Notes: generated by a model not told the origin, from the sequence alone. DNA of 64,000 bases from an uncultured Rhodobacteraceae bacterium (GCA_947494445.1 CANLVD010000005.1:184947-248946); one strand, 5' to 3'. Shown: positions 28,780 to 39,235, counted from the first letter of the stretch. A program made the numbers and translations.

Positions 28780-28860
28780 CTCAAACCGTTCCCTGCGCCG
28801 GAATTACCCGTATCAGGTTCGATGGGACTCTCTCAGCCAAAGTGGCACCCCAACGGTGTT
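28780..28860 (-). promoter_or_regulatory. TPP (THI-box) riboswitch
   Basis: Minus strand reads ACCGUUGGGGUGCC...GCUGAGAGAGUCCCAUCGAACCUGAUACGGGUAAUUCCGGCGCAGGGAACGGU. It has the conserved CUGAGA, ACCUGAU and GGGUAAU..CCGGCG blocks, and P1 is closed by ACCGUU/AACGGU. Confidence 0.88.
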
Positions 28861-28897
28861 TTGGTGTTAGCAACGGTGGTGCATCGGGTCAAGGGAC

Positions 28898-28932
28898 GCC
28901 TCCGGCGCGAGTATTTGGGGAAAATCGAATTG
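28898..28932 (+). repeat. intergenic repeat copy D (GCCTCCGGCGCGAGTATTTGGGGAAAATCGAATTG)
   Basis: Near-identical to copy B at 10683. Confidence 0.75.
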
Positions 28933-28958
28933 CCTGTCCGCACCTTGGAGGGCTGCGC

Positions 28959-28986
28959 TTGACAGTGCGGGCTGCATGGATATAAC
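28959..28986 (+). promoter_or_regulatory. candidate sigma70 promoter of rpsD
   Basis: TTGACA-16 nt-TATAAC, about 128 nt upstream of the rpsD GTG start. Confidence 0.5.
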
Positions 28987-29113
28987 GCGGCATCGGCTTT
29001 GGCGAGTCGACCAAATTGGTGTTTGTGGCCCCTGCAAAGGGACGCCTGTCGGCCAGACCCAGCGGGGCGAGGCAAAGGAAAGCACCTTTCACAATTGATG
29101 AAAGGATCCAGCC

Positions 29114-29734
29114 GTGACCAAACGCACGTCTGCCAAGTACAAAATCGATCGCCGCATGGGCGAAAACATCTGGGGTCGTCCCAAATCACCCGTCAACCGT
29201 CGTGAATATGGCCCTGGCCAGCACGGTCAGCGCCGCAAGGGCAAGCTGTCGGATTTCGGTATTCAGCTGCGCGCCAAGCAGAAGCTGAAAGGCTATTACG
29301 GCGATTTGACCGAAAAGCAGTTCCGCCGCATCTACGCCGAGGCCGAGCGTGTGAAGGGCGATACCGGTGAGAACCTGATTGGTCTGCTGGAGCGTCGTCT
29401 GGACGCGGTTGTCTACCGCGCCAAGTTCGTGCCGACCGTCTTTGCCGCCCGCCAGTTCGTCAACCATGGCCATGTCAAGGTCAACGGCCAGCGCGTGAAC
29501 ATCCCGTCCTACCGTGTGAAAGAGGGTGATGTGATCGAGGTGCGTGATCGCTCAAAGCAGTTGGCCATCGTTCTGGAAGCCGTGGCTCTGGCCGAGCGTG
29601 ATGTGCCCGAGTACATCACAGCCGATCATTCCAAGATGACGGCTGAGTTCGTGCGTGCGCCCGGCCTGTCCGACGTGCCTTACCCGGTCCAGATGGAACC
29701 CAACCTGGTGGTGGAATATTACGCGAAGAACTGA
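29114..29734 (+). CDS. rpsD: 30S ribosomal protein S4
   Basis: 206 aa beginning [26 protein letters not shown], with a C-terminal S4 RNA-binding domain. Confidence 0.97.
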   Translation: MTKRTSAKYKIDRRMGENIWGRPKSPVNRREYGPGQHGQRRKGKLSDFGIQLRAKQKLKGYYGDLTEKQFRRIYAEAERVKGDTGENLIGLLERRLDAVVYRAKFVPTVFAARQFVNHGHVKVNGQRVNIPSYRVKEGDVIEVRDRSKQLAIVLEAVALAERDVPEYITADHSKMTAEFVRAPGLSDVPYPVQMEPNLVVEYYAKN

Positions 29735-29774
29735 TCTGCCCGATCAGGTATCGCAGCCAATTCGAGGCCGTCTC

Positions 29775-29809
29775 CCGGGGAGGCGGCCTTTTTCTTTTTG
29801 AACCAACCG
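29775..29809 (+). terminator. rho-independent terminator after rpsD
   Basis: AGGCCGTCTCCCGGGGAGGCGGCCT stem-loop followed by TTTTCTTTTT. Confidence 0.7.
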
Positions 29810-29882
29810 CGGCGTCAGGCCGACAGATGGATAGAACGGGCCATTGGGGCGTGTTCGCAAATTCTGATCTTGGAGGTTCAAA

Positions 29883-30218
29883 ATGCGCCGTTTCATCTCA
29901 AGAGCCCTGACCATCACAGCTGTGTTTGCCAGCACATTGACATCTGTCGATGCAGGACCTGCCAGCGGGCCGGTCTTTGGCACGACGCCCACCGCGCCAA
30001 CATGTCTGTCCGGGTTTCAGACCGAAATTGCAAACTCGTGGCTTCTGGTTTGCCGGATCATCGTGGCACCCAAGCTCAAGCGGGCAACGATCTCGCGCAT
30101 TCGCAGGGCCGATTGCGCAGTGAACAGCTACTGGAACTACGGGCCCAAGCTGAAGATCCTGCAGGACACGCCCAATTTCGTCGAGATGCAGTACACCTGC
30201 GGGCATGTCGAAGGATGA
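29883..30218 (+). CDS. small secreted Cys-containing hypothetical protein
   Basis: 111 aa with signal peptide MRRFISRALTITAVFASTLTSVDA and four Cys in the mature part. Confidence 0.5.
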   Translation: MRRFISRALTITAVFASTLTSVDAGPASGPVFGTTPTAPTCLSGFQTEIANSWLLVCRIIVAPKLKRATISRIRRADCAVNSYWNYGPKLKILQDTPNFVEMQYTCGHVEG

Positions 30219-30284
30219 CCTCTGCTCTGTAACCGGCGGTCGGGTTGACCGTCGGTCAGGAACAGAATTCTCTCGCAAATTACC

Positions 30285-31559
30285 GTGAAGGGGCCTAACA
30301 CGGGGCCCATGGCTCAGTCGTTATTCAGACCCACGGTCACAATTCACGAGGCAAACAGCTATCCATTCTGGCGACGGCCGGTCGCACTGCTGGTGTTACT
30401 GGCGATTGCGCAGCCCTTGAGCTTTGCTGTCTGGGCGGCCGTGTTGCAGAACTTCGTGATCGAGCGGGCTGGCTTTGACGGCTCTGACTGGGGGTGGTTG
30501 CAATCAGTGCGCGAGATCCCCGGGTTTCTGGCCTTTGGTGTGATCATCGTAATCCTCGTGATGCGCGAACAGATCCTGGCCTTGATCTCGCTTCTGATGC
30601 TGGGTGGTGCCGTTGCCCTGACAGCGCATTTCCCGACTTTTGGCGGGTTGATCCTGACGACCACCATTTCGTCAATCGGGTTCCATTACTTCGAGACGGT
30701 CAACCAGTCGCTGCAATTGCAGTGGATTGCCAAGGACCGTGCACCTCAGGTGCTGGGCTGGCTGGTTGCGGTTGGATCGGGCGCGTCACTGATTGCTTAC
30801 GGCGTGATTGTCGCAACCTGGAAAGCGTTGGAACTGAGCTATGAGGCCGTTTTCCTGACGGCAGGATTGCTGACCGTGCTGATCGCGCTGGCGTGTTTCA
30901 TCATCTACCCGCAATTTGAGGCACCACATCCGCAACGAAAGGAGTTTGTGCTCAGACGCCGGTATTGGCTGTATTACGCACTGCAATTCATGTCAGGTGC
31001 ACGGCGGCAGATCTTCATCGTCTTTGCGGCCTTCATGATGGTCGAGAAATTCGGCTTCGAGGTCCATGAAGTGACTGGCCTCTTCCTGATCAACTTTCTG
31101 GCCAACATGATCTTTGCTCCCTTGATGGGACGGGTGGTAGGAAAGATGGGTGAAAGGTTCTCGCTCGTGTTTGAATACATCGGACTGGTGCTGGTGTTTC
31201 TGGCCTATGGCGGGGTCTATTATTTCGGCTGGGGTGTGCTGATTGCGGCAAGTCTCTACGTTCTGGATCATCTGTTTTTCGCGCTTGCACTGGCGTTGAA
31301 GACCTATTTCCAGAAGATCGCGGATCCGTCGGACATTGCGCCAACAGCCGCTGTTTCATTCACAATTAACCACATCGCCGCCGTATTTCTGCCCGCTGCA
31401 CTGGGATATCTGTGGATTCAATCGCCCGGTGCGGTATTTTTTCTGGCGGCCTGTATGGCCATGGTCTCATTGGGACTGGCATTTTTGATCCCCCGGCATC
31501 CCGAGCCGGGATTTGAGACGATCTTTTCAAAGCCGCCTCTTGCGGCAGCAGCAGAGTAG
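30285..31559 (+). CDS. MFS-type transporter
   Basis: About 12 predicted TM helices. Start uncertain (GTG 30285 or ATG 30309). Confidence 0.7.
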   Translation: MKGPNTGPMAQSLFRPTVTIHEANSYPFWRRPVALLVLLAIAQPLSFAVWAAVLQNFVIERAGFDGSDWGWLQSVREIPGFLAFGVIIVILVMREQILALISLLMLGGAVALTAHFPTFGGLILTTTISSIGFHYFETVNQSLQLQWIAKDRAPQVLGWLVAVGSGASLIAYGVIVATWKALELSYEAVFLTAGLLTVLIALACFIIYPQFEAPHPQRKEFVLRRRYWLYYALQFMSGARRQIFIVFAAFMMVEKFGFEVHEVTGLFLINFLANMIFAPLMGRVVGKMGERFSLVFEYIGLVLVFLAYGGVYYFGWGVLIAASLYVLDHLFFALALALKTYFQKIADPSDIAPTAAVSFTINHIAAVFLPAALGYLWIQSPGAVFFLAACMAMVSLGLAFLIPRHPEPGFETIFSKPPLAAAAE

Positions 31560-31562
31560 CGC

Positions 31563-32921
31563 ATGGCCGAACAAGGCAAGTTTGTAACCGGAAGCACAAT
31601 GCGTCATGTCGTTGTCATGACCGTGTCGGGTTCGCTTGGCCTGTTGTTCACGTTTCTGGTGGATTTCGCAGCGCTCTGGTGGGTCAGCCAGATCGGGGTA
31701 GAACGGCTGGTGGCCGCCGTTGGTTTTGCCTGGACCATTCAGTTTGCCACCGTATCGGTGGCCATTGGCCTGATGATCGCCGCAGTTGCTCTGGTCAGTC
31801 GCAATCTGGGCGCAGGTGATCGGGACCGGGCGCGACGGATCGCGACCTCGGCCATGGTGATCACAGCCGTGATCCAGTCGGGTGTGGCACTGGCCGTGAT
31901 GATCTGGCGGCACGAGATTCTGGCGATCTCGGGCGCACAGGGCGAGACGCTTGAGATCGCAGCCCGTTTTCTGGCCATTTCCATTCCTTCCCTGCCGCTG
32001 ATGGCGCTGGGCATGATTGCCTCGGCCATCTTGCGCGCCGCAGGTGATGCATGGCGCTCCATGGCGGTGACCCTGAGTGCGGGTCTGGTTGCCATGTTCA
32101 TGGATCCGCTGCTGATCGTGGTCTTCGGCTGGGGTGTGGAAGGGGCCGCGATTGCCATTGCCATCTCCCGCACCATGATGGCTGTGGTCGGTTTCTACTA
32201 CGTCTACAAGGTGCATAATCTGCTCGCCCCTTATCGATGGGGTGATGTGGTGGACAACGCGCGGCCCTATTTCGACATCGCCCTGCCAGCAGTTGCGACC
32301 CAGATGGCGACCCCGTTTGGAAACTGGATCCTGACGCGCGCCATTGCCGATTTTGGCGACAGCGCGGTTGCAGGCTGGGGCGTTGTTTCCCGGCTGACGA
32401 TACTGGCATTTGGCGGCATCTTTGCGTTGTCGGGAGCCATTGGCGGCATCATCGGTCAGAATTTCGGCGCCGGAAAGCCGGATCGTGTGGTGCAGGCCTA
32501 TATTGATGCGTTGAAGTTCTGCACCGCCTACACGCTGGTGACATGGGGGCTGCTCTACGGGTTACAGGATCCGATCATTGCCGGGTTCGGGTTGTCCATG
32601 GAAGGGGCTGATGTTGTGCGCGCATTCAATTCGCTGGCTGCTGGCGCATTTATTTTTACCGGGGCCCTGTTTGTCTCGAACGCGGCTTTCAACAATCTGG
32701 GAAGGCCGCTTTGGTCGACCTATTCAAACTGGTTTCGCGACGGCATCCTGATGTTTCCGCTGGCGATGTTCCTTGGCAGCCTGTTCGCGGCACCCGGTGT
32801 CATTTACGCACAAGGCATCGCCGGAGTGATTGCGGGCTGTGTCGCTGCATGGATCGGCTGGCGCTTTGTCAAATCTCAGAGAGCACCCTTGGAGAAACCG
32901 CGCAAGGACCCTACCTCCTGA
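31563..32921 (+). CDS. MATE family efflux transporter
   Basis: 452 aa with 12 TM helices and a two-fold MatE repeat pattern. Confidence 0.8.
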   Translation: MAEQGKFVTGSTMRHVVVMTVSGSLGLLFTFLVDFAALWWVSQIGVERLVAAVGFAWTIQFATVSVAIGLMIAAVALVSRNLGAGDRDRARRIATSAMVITAVIQSGVALAVMIWRHEILAISGAQGETLEIAARFLAISIPSLPLMALGMIASAILRAAGDAWRSMAVTLSAGLVAMFMDPLLIVVFGWGVEGAAIAIAISRTMMAVVGFYYVYKVHNLLAPYRWGDVVDNARPYFDIALPAVATQMATPFGNWILTRAIADFGDSAVAGWGVVSRLTILAFGGIFALSGAIGGIIGQNFGAGKPDRVVQAYIDALKFCTAYTLVTWGLLYGLQDPIIAGFGLSMEGADVVRAFNSLAAGAFIFTGALFVSNAAFNNLGRPLWSTYSNWFRDGILMFPLAMFLGSLFAAPGVIYAQGIAGVIAGCVAAWIGWRFVKSQRAPLEKPRKDPTS

Positions 32922-32944
32922 CCAACAGAACATAGGAGAATGGC

Positions 32945-33601
32945 ATGTTGTTTGGCTTCGGAAAATCGAGTGAAATCCCTGCGGCGGCGAATGCCTTGCC
33001 CGGGCGTACCGATCCCATTCCCACGGCAGATGCGCATTTTCTGAATAGTAGACCGCTGAAAGGTCCGTTCCCGGATGGTCTGGAAATGGCCATGTTCGGC
33101 ATGGGCTGTTTCTGGGGGGTCGAGCGGATGTTCTGGGGTCTGCCCGGGGTCTACATCACTGCTGTCGGCTACGCCGCAGGGCACACGCCCAATGCCACAT
33201 ACAAGGAGGTCTGTACCGGTCAGACTGGTCACAACGAGGTGGTTCTGGTGGTTTTCAACCCTGAAGAGATTTCCTACGACACTCTGCTGCAGACTTTCTG
33301 GGAAGGCCATGATCCGACCCAGGGCATGCGTCAGGGCAATGACCGCGGCACGCAGTACCGTTCGGGCATCTATACCTATTCGGAGGCGCAGAAATCTGCT
33401 GCCATCGAAAGCAAGCAGATGTTCCAGCCGAAGCTGACCTCCGCGGGTTATGGCGCGATCACGACCGAGATCCTGCCTGCGCCCGAGTTCTATTATGCCG
33501 AGGATTATCACCAGCAGTATCTGGCCAAGAACCCCAACGGGTATTGCGGCATCGGCGGGACCGGGGTGACCTGCCCGATCGGAACCGGTGCTGTGGCTTG
33601 A
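32945..33601 (+). CDS. msrA: peptide-methionine (S)-S-oxide reductase
   Basis: Active-site motif GMGCFWGVE, with the family conserved throughout. Confidence 0.95.
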   Translation: MLFGFGKSSEIPAAANALPGRTDPIPTADAHFLNSRPLKGPFPDGLEMAMFGMGCFWGVERMFWGLPGVYITAVGYAAGHTPNATYKEVCTGQTGHNEVVLVVFNPEEISYDTLLQTFWEGHDPTQGMRQGNDRGTQYRSGIYTYSEAQKSAAIESKQMFQPKLTSAGYGAITTEILPAPEFYYAEDYHQQYLAKNPNGYCGIGGTGVTCPIGTGAVA

Positions 33602-33660
33602 CCTGAGGCAATTGCCGCTCTATCGCGTGGCCTTCCATCGCCCTTGGGAAGGCCCGCACC

Positions 33661-34530
33661 ATGCCGACATTCACTGCCCTGACCACATTGACCGACAAGG
33701 ATCACGCCGAGGCGTTGGGCCTTGCGCTGGAGATGCTGGAGCCTGAGCCGACCGGCATAGGTGTTTTCGAGGTCGAGGATGGCACAGGCACATGGGAGGT
33801 TGGCGGCTATTTTCTTGAGCGGCCCGACGAAGTTGGACTGGCATTGCTGGCTGCAGCGCATGAAGCAAAACCCTTTGCTGTTTCCAAAGTCGAGGATCGG
33901 GACTGGGTTGCTCAGGTCAGGCGGGAACTGACCCCGGTGGAAGCGGGGCGATTTTGGGTCTATGGCGGCCATGACGCTCATCTTTTGCCATCCAACCGCA
34001 TCGGGCTTGAGATCGAAGCCGCCATGGCGTTCGGCACCGGGCACCATGGAACGACACAGGGTTGTCTGACCGCACTCGACAAACTGATCCGGCAAGGATT
34101 GCGTGCACGCAACGTGGCCGACATTGGTGCGGGTACTGGCGTGCTTGCCATGGCGGCGGCAAAGTCCTTCCCGGCACGGGTTCTGGCCTCTGACATCGAC
34201 CCGATTGCGGCAAGCACAGCGCGGGCCAACATGCGGGCCAATACGCTCGGCAATCGTGTGGTCTGCCTGACCGCTGTCGGTTTTCGACATCCGGCAATCC
34301 GACGCGCAGCGCCTTTTGATCTGATCATGGCCAATATTCTGGCCAATCCGCTGCGCCGTCTGGCTCCGGACATGGCGCGCCACAGCGAGCCGGGCGCCAA
34401 AGTTATTCTGTCGGGCATTCTGAACCGTCAGGCTCAGGGAGTGATTTCAGTTTATGAAGGCAATGGATTTGCGCTGAGCGACCGGTTGGTCATTGGTGAA
34501 TGGACCACGCTGACCCTGACGCGGACATAA
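33661..34530 (+). CDS. prmA: ribosomal protein L11 methyltransferase
   Basis: Motifs GTGHHGTTQ and the SAM-binding DIGAGTGVLAMAA. Confidence 0.9.
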   Translation: MPTFTALTTLTDKDHAEALGLALEMLEPEPTGIGVFEVEDGTGTWEVGGYFLERPDEVGLALLAAAHEAKPFAVSKVEDRDWVAQVRRELTPVEAGRFWVYGGHDAHLLPSNRIGLEIEAAMAFGTGHHGTTQGCLTALDKLIRQGLRARNVADIGAGTGVLAMAAAKSFPARVLASDIDPIAASTARANMRANTLGNRVVCLTAVGFRHPAIRRAAPFDLIMANILANPLRRLAPDMARHSEPGAKVILSGILNRQAQGVISVYEGNGFALSDRLVIGEWTTLTLTRT

Positions 34531-34532
34531 AA

Positions 34533-34556
34533 AAGGCCGCGATCAGTCGCGGCCTT
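34533..34556. terminator. bidirectional hairpin terminator between convergent prmA and the DUF1127 gene
   Basis: AAGGCCGCGATCAGTCGCGGCCTT flanked by an A-run on one side and a T-rich run on the other. Confidence 0.6.
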
Positions 34557-34577
34557 TCTTCCCGGATTTGGGTGTGT

Positions 34578-34814
34578 TCAGCGTGCGCTCATCGAATGCG
34601 CTGCGTCTTCGATCATGCCGCGCGTCAGGCCGATATCATCAAGCTCACGGTCGGTAAGCTGACGCAGAACCTTGTCGGTTTCGCGGGCTTTCAGCCAGGC
34701 GTCTACGGCCTCAGGCAAAGCATAGAGAGCGGCCACAACGCGGTGGACGGAGATCGCGCCGAAGGGCACAGAACGAGTAGGTACAAGATAAGCCATCTGA
34801 CGGGTCCTCTTCAT
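34578..34814 (-). CDS. DUF1127 domain small protein
   Basis: C-terminal LRQLTDRELDDIGLTRGMIEDAA is typical of DUF1127. Start is uncertain: 34814 or 34796, while the track ORF extends to 34940. Confidence 0.6.
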   Translation of the reverse strand: MKRTRQMAYLVPTRSVPFGAISVHRVVAALYALPEAVDAWLKARETDKVLRQLTDRELDDIGLTRGMIEDAAHSMSAR

Positions 34815-35145
34815 GATCGCGTGCTCGAAGCACAGGTGTTTTGATAGGCCGCAGCTAGTAGGGATTCGCTGGCGCAGCAAGATCGATTTCAGCATGCCTG
34901 AGTTGCGCTTTTTGCATGGTGGAAGGCGATTTTGTGGCAAGTGTCGAAAAGCGACTGAGGGCAGTCGTATTTGCCTGATTTTTCTGCCTGGGCAGGTAAT
35001 GTTTCATTTACTCTGATGACGGGTTTTCACATTAATTTGTGGGCGGCCAGATCATTCACTGCGATTGTGCCGGGAAGAGGAGCCTTTTCAGATGTTCCCC
35101 TTTCGTGCTAGGACGTGGGTAACAAGGATAAATGCAGGGGCAGGC

Positions 35146-35655
35146 ATGCGCGTTATCGGGATTGATCCGGGGCTGCGCCGCACGGGTTGGGGCGTCGTGG
35201 ATGTCGATGGATCGCGTCTGCGCCACATTGGAAATGGCACCTGCACATCGGATGCTGGTGCACTGTCGGACAGGCTGTTGGCGCTGTTCTCGCAATTGAG
35301 CGATGTTGTGGAAAACTTCGCGCCTGATACGGCTGCGGTCGAGCAGACATTCGTGAACAAGGATGCAGCAGGCACCTTGAAGCTGGGTCAGGCGCGCGGG
35401 ATCGCGCTTCTGGTTCCTGCACGCGCAGGGCTTGATGTGGCGGAATACGCACCCAATGCGGTGAAGAAGGTGGTCGTGGGTGTTGGTCATGCGGCAAAGG
35501 CGCAGGTCGAACACATGGTGCGCCTGCAATTGCCGGGGGTCGAGATCAACGGGCCGGATGCAGCGGATGCATTGGCGATTGCCCTGTGTCATGCACATCA
35601 GGCGCGGTTTTCGGGCAGACTGGATGCAGCATTGGCCAAGGCGGCTGGTCAATGA
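35146..35655 (+). CDS. ruvC: crossover junction endodeoxyribonuclease RuvC
   Basis: Starts [18 protein letters not shown], with catalytic acidic residues and ruvA/ruvB downstream. Confidence 0.93.
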   Translation: MRVIGIDPGLRRTGWGVVDVDGSRLRHIGNGTCTSDAGALSDRLLALFSQLSDVVENFAPDTAAVEQTFVNKDAAGTLKLGQARGIALLVPARAGLDVAEYAPNAVKKVVVGVGHAAKAQVEHMVRLQLPGVEINGPDAADALAIALCHAHQARFSGRLDAALAKAAGQ

Positions 35656-36332
35656 TCGGCAAGGTGAGCGGGCGCATCGATTACAAGGCATCAGACCATG
35701 TGCTGATTGAAACAGCAGGCGTCGGGTATGTTGTCTACTGCTCGGAACGCACGCTGGCAGGATTGCCGGCAAAGGGCGAGTTTGCAGCACTCTATACGGA
35801 ACTGGTCGTGCGGGAGGATCTGCTGCAGCTCTACGGCTTTTTGTCATTGGCGGAGAAGGAATGGCATCGCTTGCTGACCTCTGTTCAGGGCGTGGGCGCC
35901 AAGGCCGCACTTGCGATCCTGGGGACGCTCGGACCTGACGGGGTCGGCCGGGCACTGTCACTGGGAGATGCAACAGCGATCAAGGCGGCACCCGGCATCG
36001 GTCCGAAGATTGCGCAGCGGGTGATCATGGAGTTGCGCAACAAGGCGCCATCGGTCATCGCCATGGGCGGAGATGGCGCGCAACCGGCCATGGTGTCGGG
36101 CATGCCCGACACCCCGCAGGCCATGCCTGCGGCTCAGCCGCAATCGGCTGAGATGGCCTTATCGCAGGTGTCTGAGGCCAGTGCCACGGCAGACGCCTTG
36201 TCCGCTCTGACAAATCTGGGTTACAGCCCCGGTGATGCCGCGCAGGCCGTGGCCGAGGCCGCAGGTGAGGGCGCGCAGGATGCCGCCGCTCTGATCCGTC
36301 TTGCCCTCAAACGCCTTGCCCCGAAAGGCTGA
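35652..36332 (+). CDS. ruvA: Holliday junction branch migration complex subunit RuvA
   Basis: Starts MIGKVSGRI, with HhH motifs ([21 protein letters not shown]). Has an ATGA overlap with ruvC. Confidence 0.93.
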   Translation: MIGKVSGRIDYKASDHVLIETAGVGYVVYCSERTLAGLPAKGEFAALYTELVVREDLLQLYGFLSLAEKEWHRLLTSVQGVGAKAALAILGTLGPDGVGRALSLGDATAIKAAPGIGPKIAQRVIMELRNKAPSVIAMGGDGAQPAMVSGMPDTPQAMPAAQPQSAEMALSQVSEASATADALSALTNLGYSPGDAAQAVAEAAGEGAQDAAALIRLALKRLAPKG

Positions 36333-36333
36333 C

Positions 36334-37368
36334 ATGTCCGAGCCCGATCCAACATTGCGCCCCGATCCTCTGTCAGGCGACGCCGACCGCGCACTGCGTC
36401 CGCAATCGCTGGATGAGTTCATCGGCCAAAAGGCAGCACGGGCCAATCTTAAGGTCTTTGTCGAAAGTGCCCGCATGCGCGGCGAGGCGATGGACCACAC
36501 CCTGTTTTATGGCCCTCCCGGTCTGGGCAAGACCACACTGGCGCAGATCATGTCGCGCGAGCTTGGGGTCAATTTCCGCATGACTTCAGGCCCGGTTCTG
36601 GCCAAGGCCGGTGATCTGGCTGCGATCCTGACCAATCTGGACGCGCGCGACGTCTTGTTCATTGATGAGATCCACCGCCTCAATCCGGTGGTCGAAGAGG
36701 TGCTTTATCCCGCATTGGAAGATTTCGCCCTTGATCTTGTGATCGGCGAAGGGCCTGCTGCGCGCACCGTACGCATTGACCTGCCGCCCTTCACTCTGGT
36801 TGGCGCAACCACCCGGTTGGGGTTGCTGACGACGCCGCTGAGAGACCGCTTCGGCATCCCGACACGGCTGGAATTCTATGATGTCGACGAACTGGTGCAG
36901 ATCGTATCGCGCGCTGCCAAGCTGATGCAGGCAGACGCCACTGCCGATGGTGCACGCGAGATTGCCCGGCGGGCTCGCGGCACGCCTCGGATTGCTGGAC
37001 GTCTGCTGCGACGTGTCGTTGATTTCGCCGTGGTCGAGGGCGATGGCAAGGTAACGCAAAAACTTGCTGATATGGCGCTCAACCGGCTTGGGGTCGATGA
37101 TCTGGGTCTTGATGGAGCAGACCGGCGGTATCTGTCGCTTTTGGCCGAAAATTATGGTGGTGGCCCGGTTGGGGTCGAGACGATTGCTGCCGCCCTGTCG
37201 GAGGCCCGCGATGCCATCGAAGAAGTGATCGAGCCGTTCTTGTTGCAACAGGGCCTGATCCAGCGGACCCCGCGCGGGCGCATGCTGGCACAAAAAGCAT
37301 GGACCCATCTTGGGCTGACAGCGCCCCAACGTCCGGATCAATCTGATCTCTTTGAGAGTGGAAAATGA
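36334..37368 (+). CDS. ruvB: Holliday junction DNA helicase RuvB
   Basis: Walker [10 protein letters not shown], Walker B FIDEIHR, and a C-terminal winged helix. Confidence 0.97.
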   Translation: MSEPDPTLRPDPLSGDADRALRPQSLDEFIGQKAARANLKVFVESARMRGEAMDHTLFYGPPGLGKTTLAQIMSRELGVNFRMTSGPVLAKAGDLAAILTNLDARDVLFIDEIHRLNPVVEEVLYPALEDFALDLVIGEGPAARTVRIDLPPFTLVGATTRLGLLTTPLRDRFGIPTRLEFYDVDELVQIVSRAAKLMQADATADGAREIARRARGTPRIAGRLLRRVVDFAVVEGDGKVTQKLADMALNRLGVDDLGLDGADRRYLSLLAENYGGGPVGVETIAAALSEARDAIEEVIEPFLLQQGLIQRTPRGRMLAQKAWTHLGLTAPQRPDQSDLFESGK

Positions 37369-38009
37369 CACCAGAGGCCGCTGAAAACCTGTTTACCCGC
37401 TCCGACGGTGCGTTTCGCTTCGCACGTTGGGCACGACCCATGGCCCCTGTGGTCTTTGGCACGGATGATGCGTCCCTTGGTTTGCTGAAGGACGCCATGG
37501 CCACCGTGGCCGGATTGGCCGACATGAAGCTGGCCGAAACCGATCCCGAGCTTGGTGCAAACTTCCTGATGTTTTTCTGCGAAGACTGGCAGGAATTGCG
37601 CGAGGTCCCCAATCTGGACCGGCTGCTGCCCGATTTCGATCAGCTTCTCGACCGGCTGGGGCAGGCTGGGGCCAACCAGTATCGATCTTTCGGGTTTGAT
37701 CCTGCTGGTGCGATCCGGATTTGCACCGTTTTGCTGCGTTTTGACGAGCATCTGGCCGCAGTACCCGCCCAGACCCTTGGCACCTCGCAGGCCATTCAAA
37801 GTCTGCTTTTGTGGTCGGACACGGCGTTCAAGGACCGCAGTCCGCTTGCGCTTGTTGGGGACGGGCACACTGCAATCGTGCGCCCTGACATCGCGGCTCT
37901 TACGCGTGCGGCTTATGATCCGGTCATTCCAGATTGCTCGGATGATCAGGCTCTTGCTCACCGGCTGAGCGCACGCGCAGGCCTTTTGCTGGGAGATCTG
38001 GCCGAATGA
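37365..38009 (+). CDS. conserved hypothetical protein
   Basis: 214 aa. Its start overlaps the ruvB stop and its stop overlaps the ybgC start. No motif recognised. Confidence 0.6.
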   Translation: MTPEAAENLFTRSDGAFRFARWARPMAPVVFGTDDASLGLLKDAMATVAGLADMKLAETDPELGANFLMFFCEDWQELREVPNLDRLLPDFDQLLDRLGQAGANQYRSFGFDPAGAIRICTVLLRFDEHLAAVPAQTLGTSQAIQSLLLWSDTAFKDRSPLALVGDGHTAIVRPDIAALTRAAYDPVIPDCSDDQALAHRLSARAGLLLGDLAE

Positions 38010-38407
38010 TCCATCTTCTGCCGCTACGCGTTTACTATGAAGATACGGACATGGCGGGCATCGTCTACTACGCCAACTATCTGAAGTATCTGGAACGCGG
38101 TCGGTCCGAGGCCGTGCGCGAGATGCAGATAGACCAGCTTGCCCTGCGCGACGGCCCGGGGCTGGTCTTTGCCGTCCGGCGGGTCGAGATCGACTATCTT
38201 CTGCCGGCGCGGTTCGGTGATGATCTGACGGTTGAAACCCGCACCACGCAGGTCGGTGCGGTGACCCTGCAAATGGCCCAGCGGATGCTGCGCGGGGATG
38301 CGGTTTTGATACAAGCTGACATAAAAGTTGCTTTCATGACCATGGCCGGAAAACCTCAACGCTTTCCGGCAGATATCCGCCAGAAGCTTAGCGCCACGAT
38401 TGTGTGA
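38006..38407 (+). CDS. ybgC: tol-pal-associated acyl-CoA thioesterase YbgC
   Basis: 4HBT hotdog motif VYYEDTDMAGIVYYANY. Sits immediately upstream of tolQ. Confidence 0.85.
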   Translation: MIHLLPLRVYYEDTDMAGIVYYANYLKYLERGRSEAVREMQIDQLALRDGPGLVFAVRRVEIDYLLPARFGDDLTVETRTTQVGAVTLQMAQRMLRGDAVLIQADIKVAFMTMAGKPQRFPADIRQKLSATIV

Positions 38408-38529
38408 TCACGAGAATTCTGGACTTGGTTCAGGTTTTTGGTCACAAAGCCTTTGATATGGGTTAGGATGGCCCCCAGATGTCGGCAGAAGACCGGCACG
38501 AAGGCAAATGCGAGCTGTGAGCAGGCGAT

Positions 38530-39234
38530 ATGGAAACAGAAACACTGGCTGCGGCCAGCGAGATTGATTTCTCGCTACTGGCCCTGTTCTTAAGGGCAAC
38601 CCTGACGGTCAAGATCGTCATGATCATTCTGGTGGTGGCATCAGTCTGGTCCTGGGGCATCATCATTCAACGGCATCTCCTGTATCGCAAGTCGCGCGGC
38701 CAAAGCCGGACGTTCGAGGACGCATTCTGGTCAGGTCAGCCACTTGATCAGGTCTATGACCAGATCAAGGATGATCCAGACGGCGGGGCCGAAAAGATTT
38801 TCGTCTCGGGCATGCGGGAATGGCGGCGGTCCCATCGCGGCGATGGTGGTTTGATCGCAGGCGCGCAGGCGCGCATCGACCGGGCCATGAACGTGGCCAT
38901 CCAGCGCGAAGCGGATGATGTGAACTCCGGTCTGACGTTTCTGGCCACTGTCGGCTCGATCTCGCCTTTCGTGGGTCTCTTTGGGACGGTCTGGGGCATC
39001 AAGCACGCTTTTGAGGAGATTGCGATCCAGCAATCGACAAATCTGGCAGTGGTCGCGCCCGGTATTGCCGAGGCGCTGCTGGCCACGGCACTGGGTCTTC
39101 TGGCCGCGATTCCGGCGGTTGTTTTTTACAACAAGCTTTCTGGTGATGCCGAGAAGATCACCGGCTCTCATGAGAGTTTTGCCGACGAGTTTTCCATGAT
39201 CCTGTCGCGTCAGTTAGACCGGGCGGACGACTGA
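38530..39234 (+). CDS. tolQ: Tol-Pal system protein TolQ
   Basis: 234 aa MotA/TolQ/ExbB-family protein with 3 TM helices. Confidence 0.9.
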   Translation: METETLAAASEIDFSLLALFLRATLTVKIVMIILVVASVWSWGIIIQRHLLYRKSRGQSRTFEDAFWSGQPLDQVYDQIKDDPDGGAEKIFVSGMREWRRSHRGDGGLIAGAQARIDRAMNVAIQREADDVNSGLTFLATVGSISPFVGLFGTVWGIKHAFEEIAIQQSTNLAVVAPGIAEALLATALGLLAAIPAVVFYNKLSGDAEKITGSHESFADEFSMILSRQLDRADD

Positions 39235-39235
39235 C

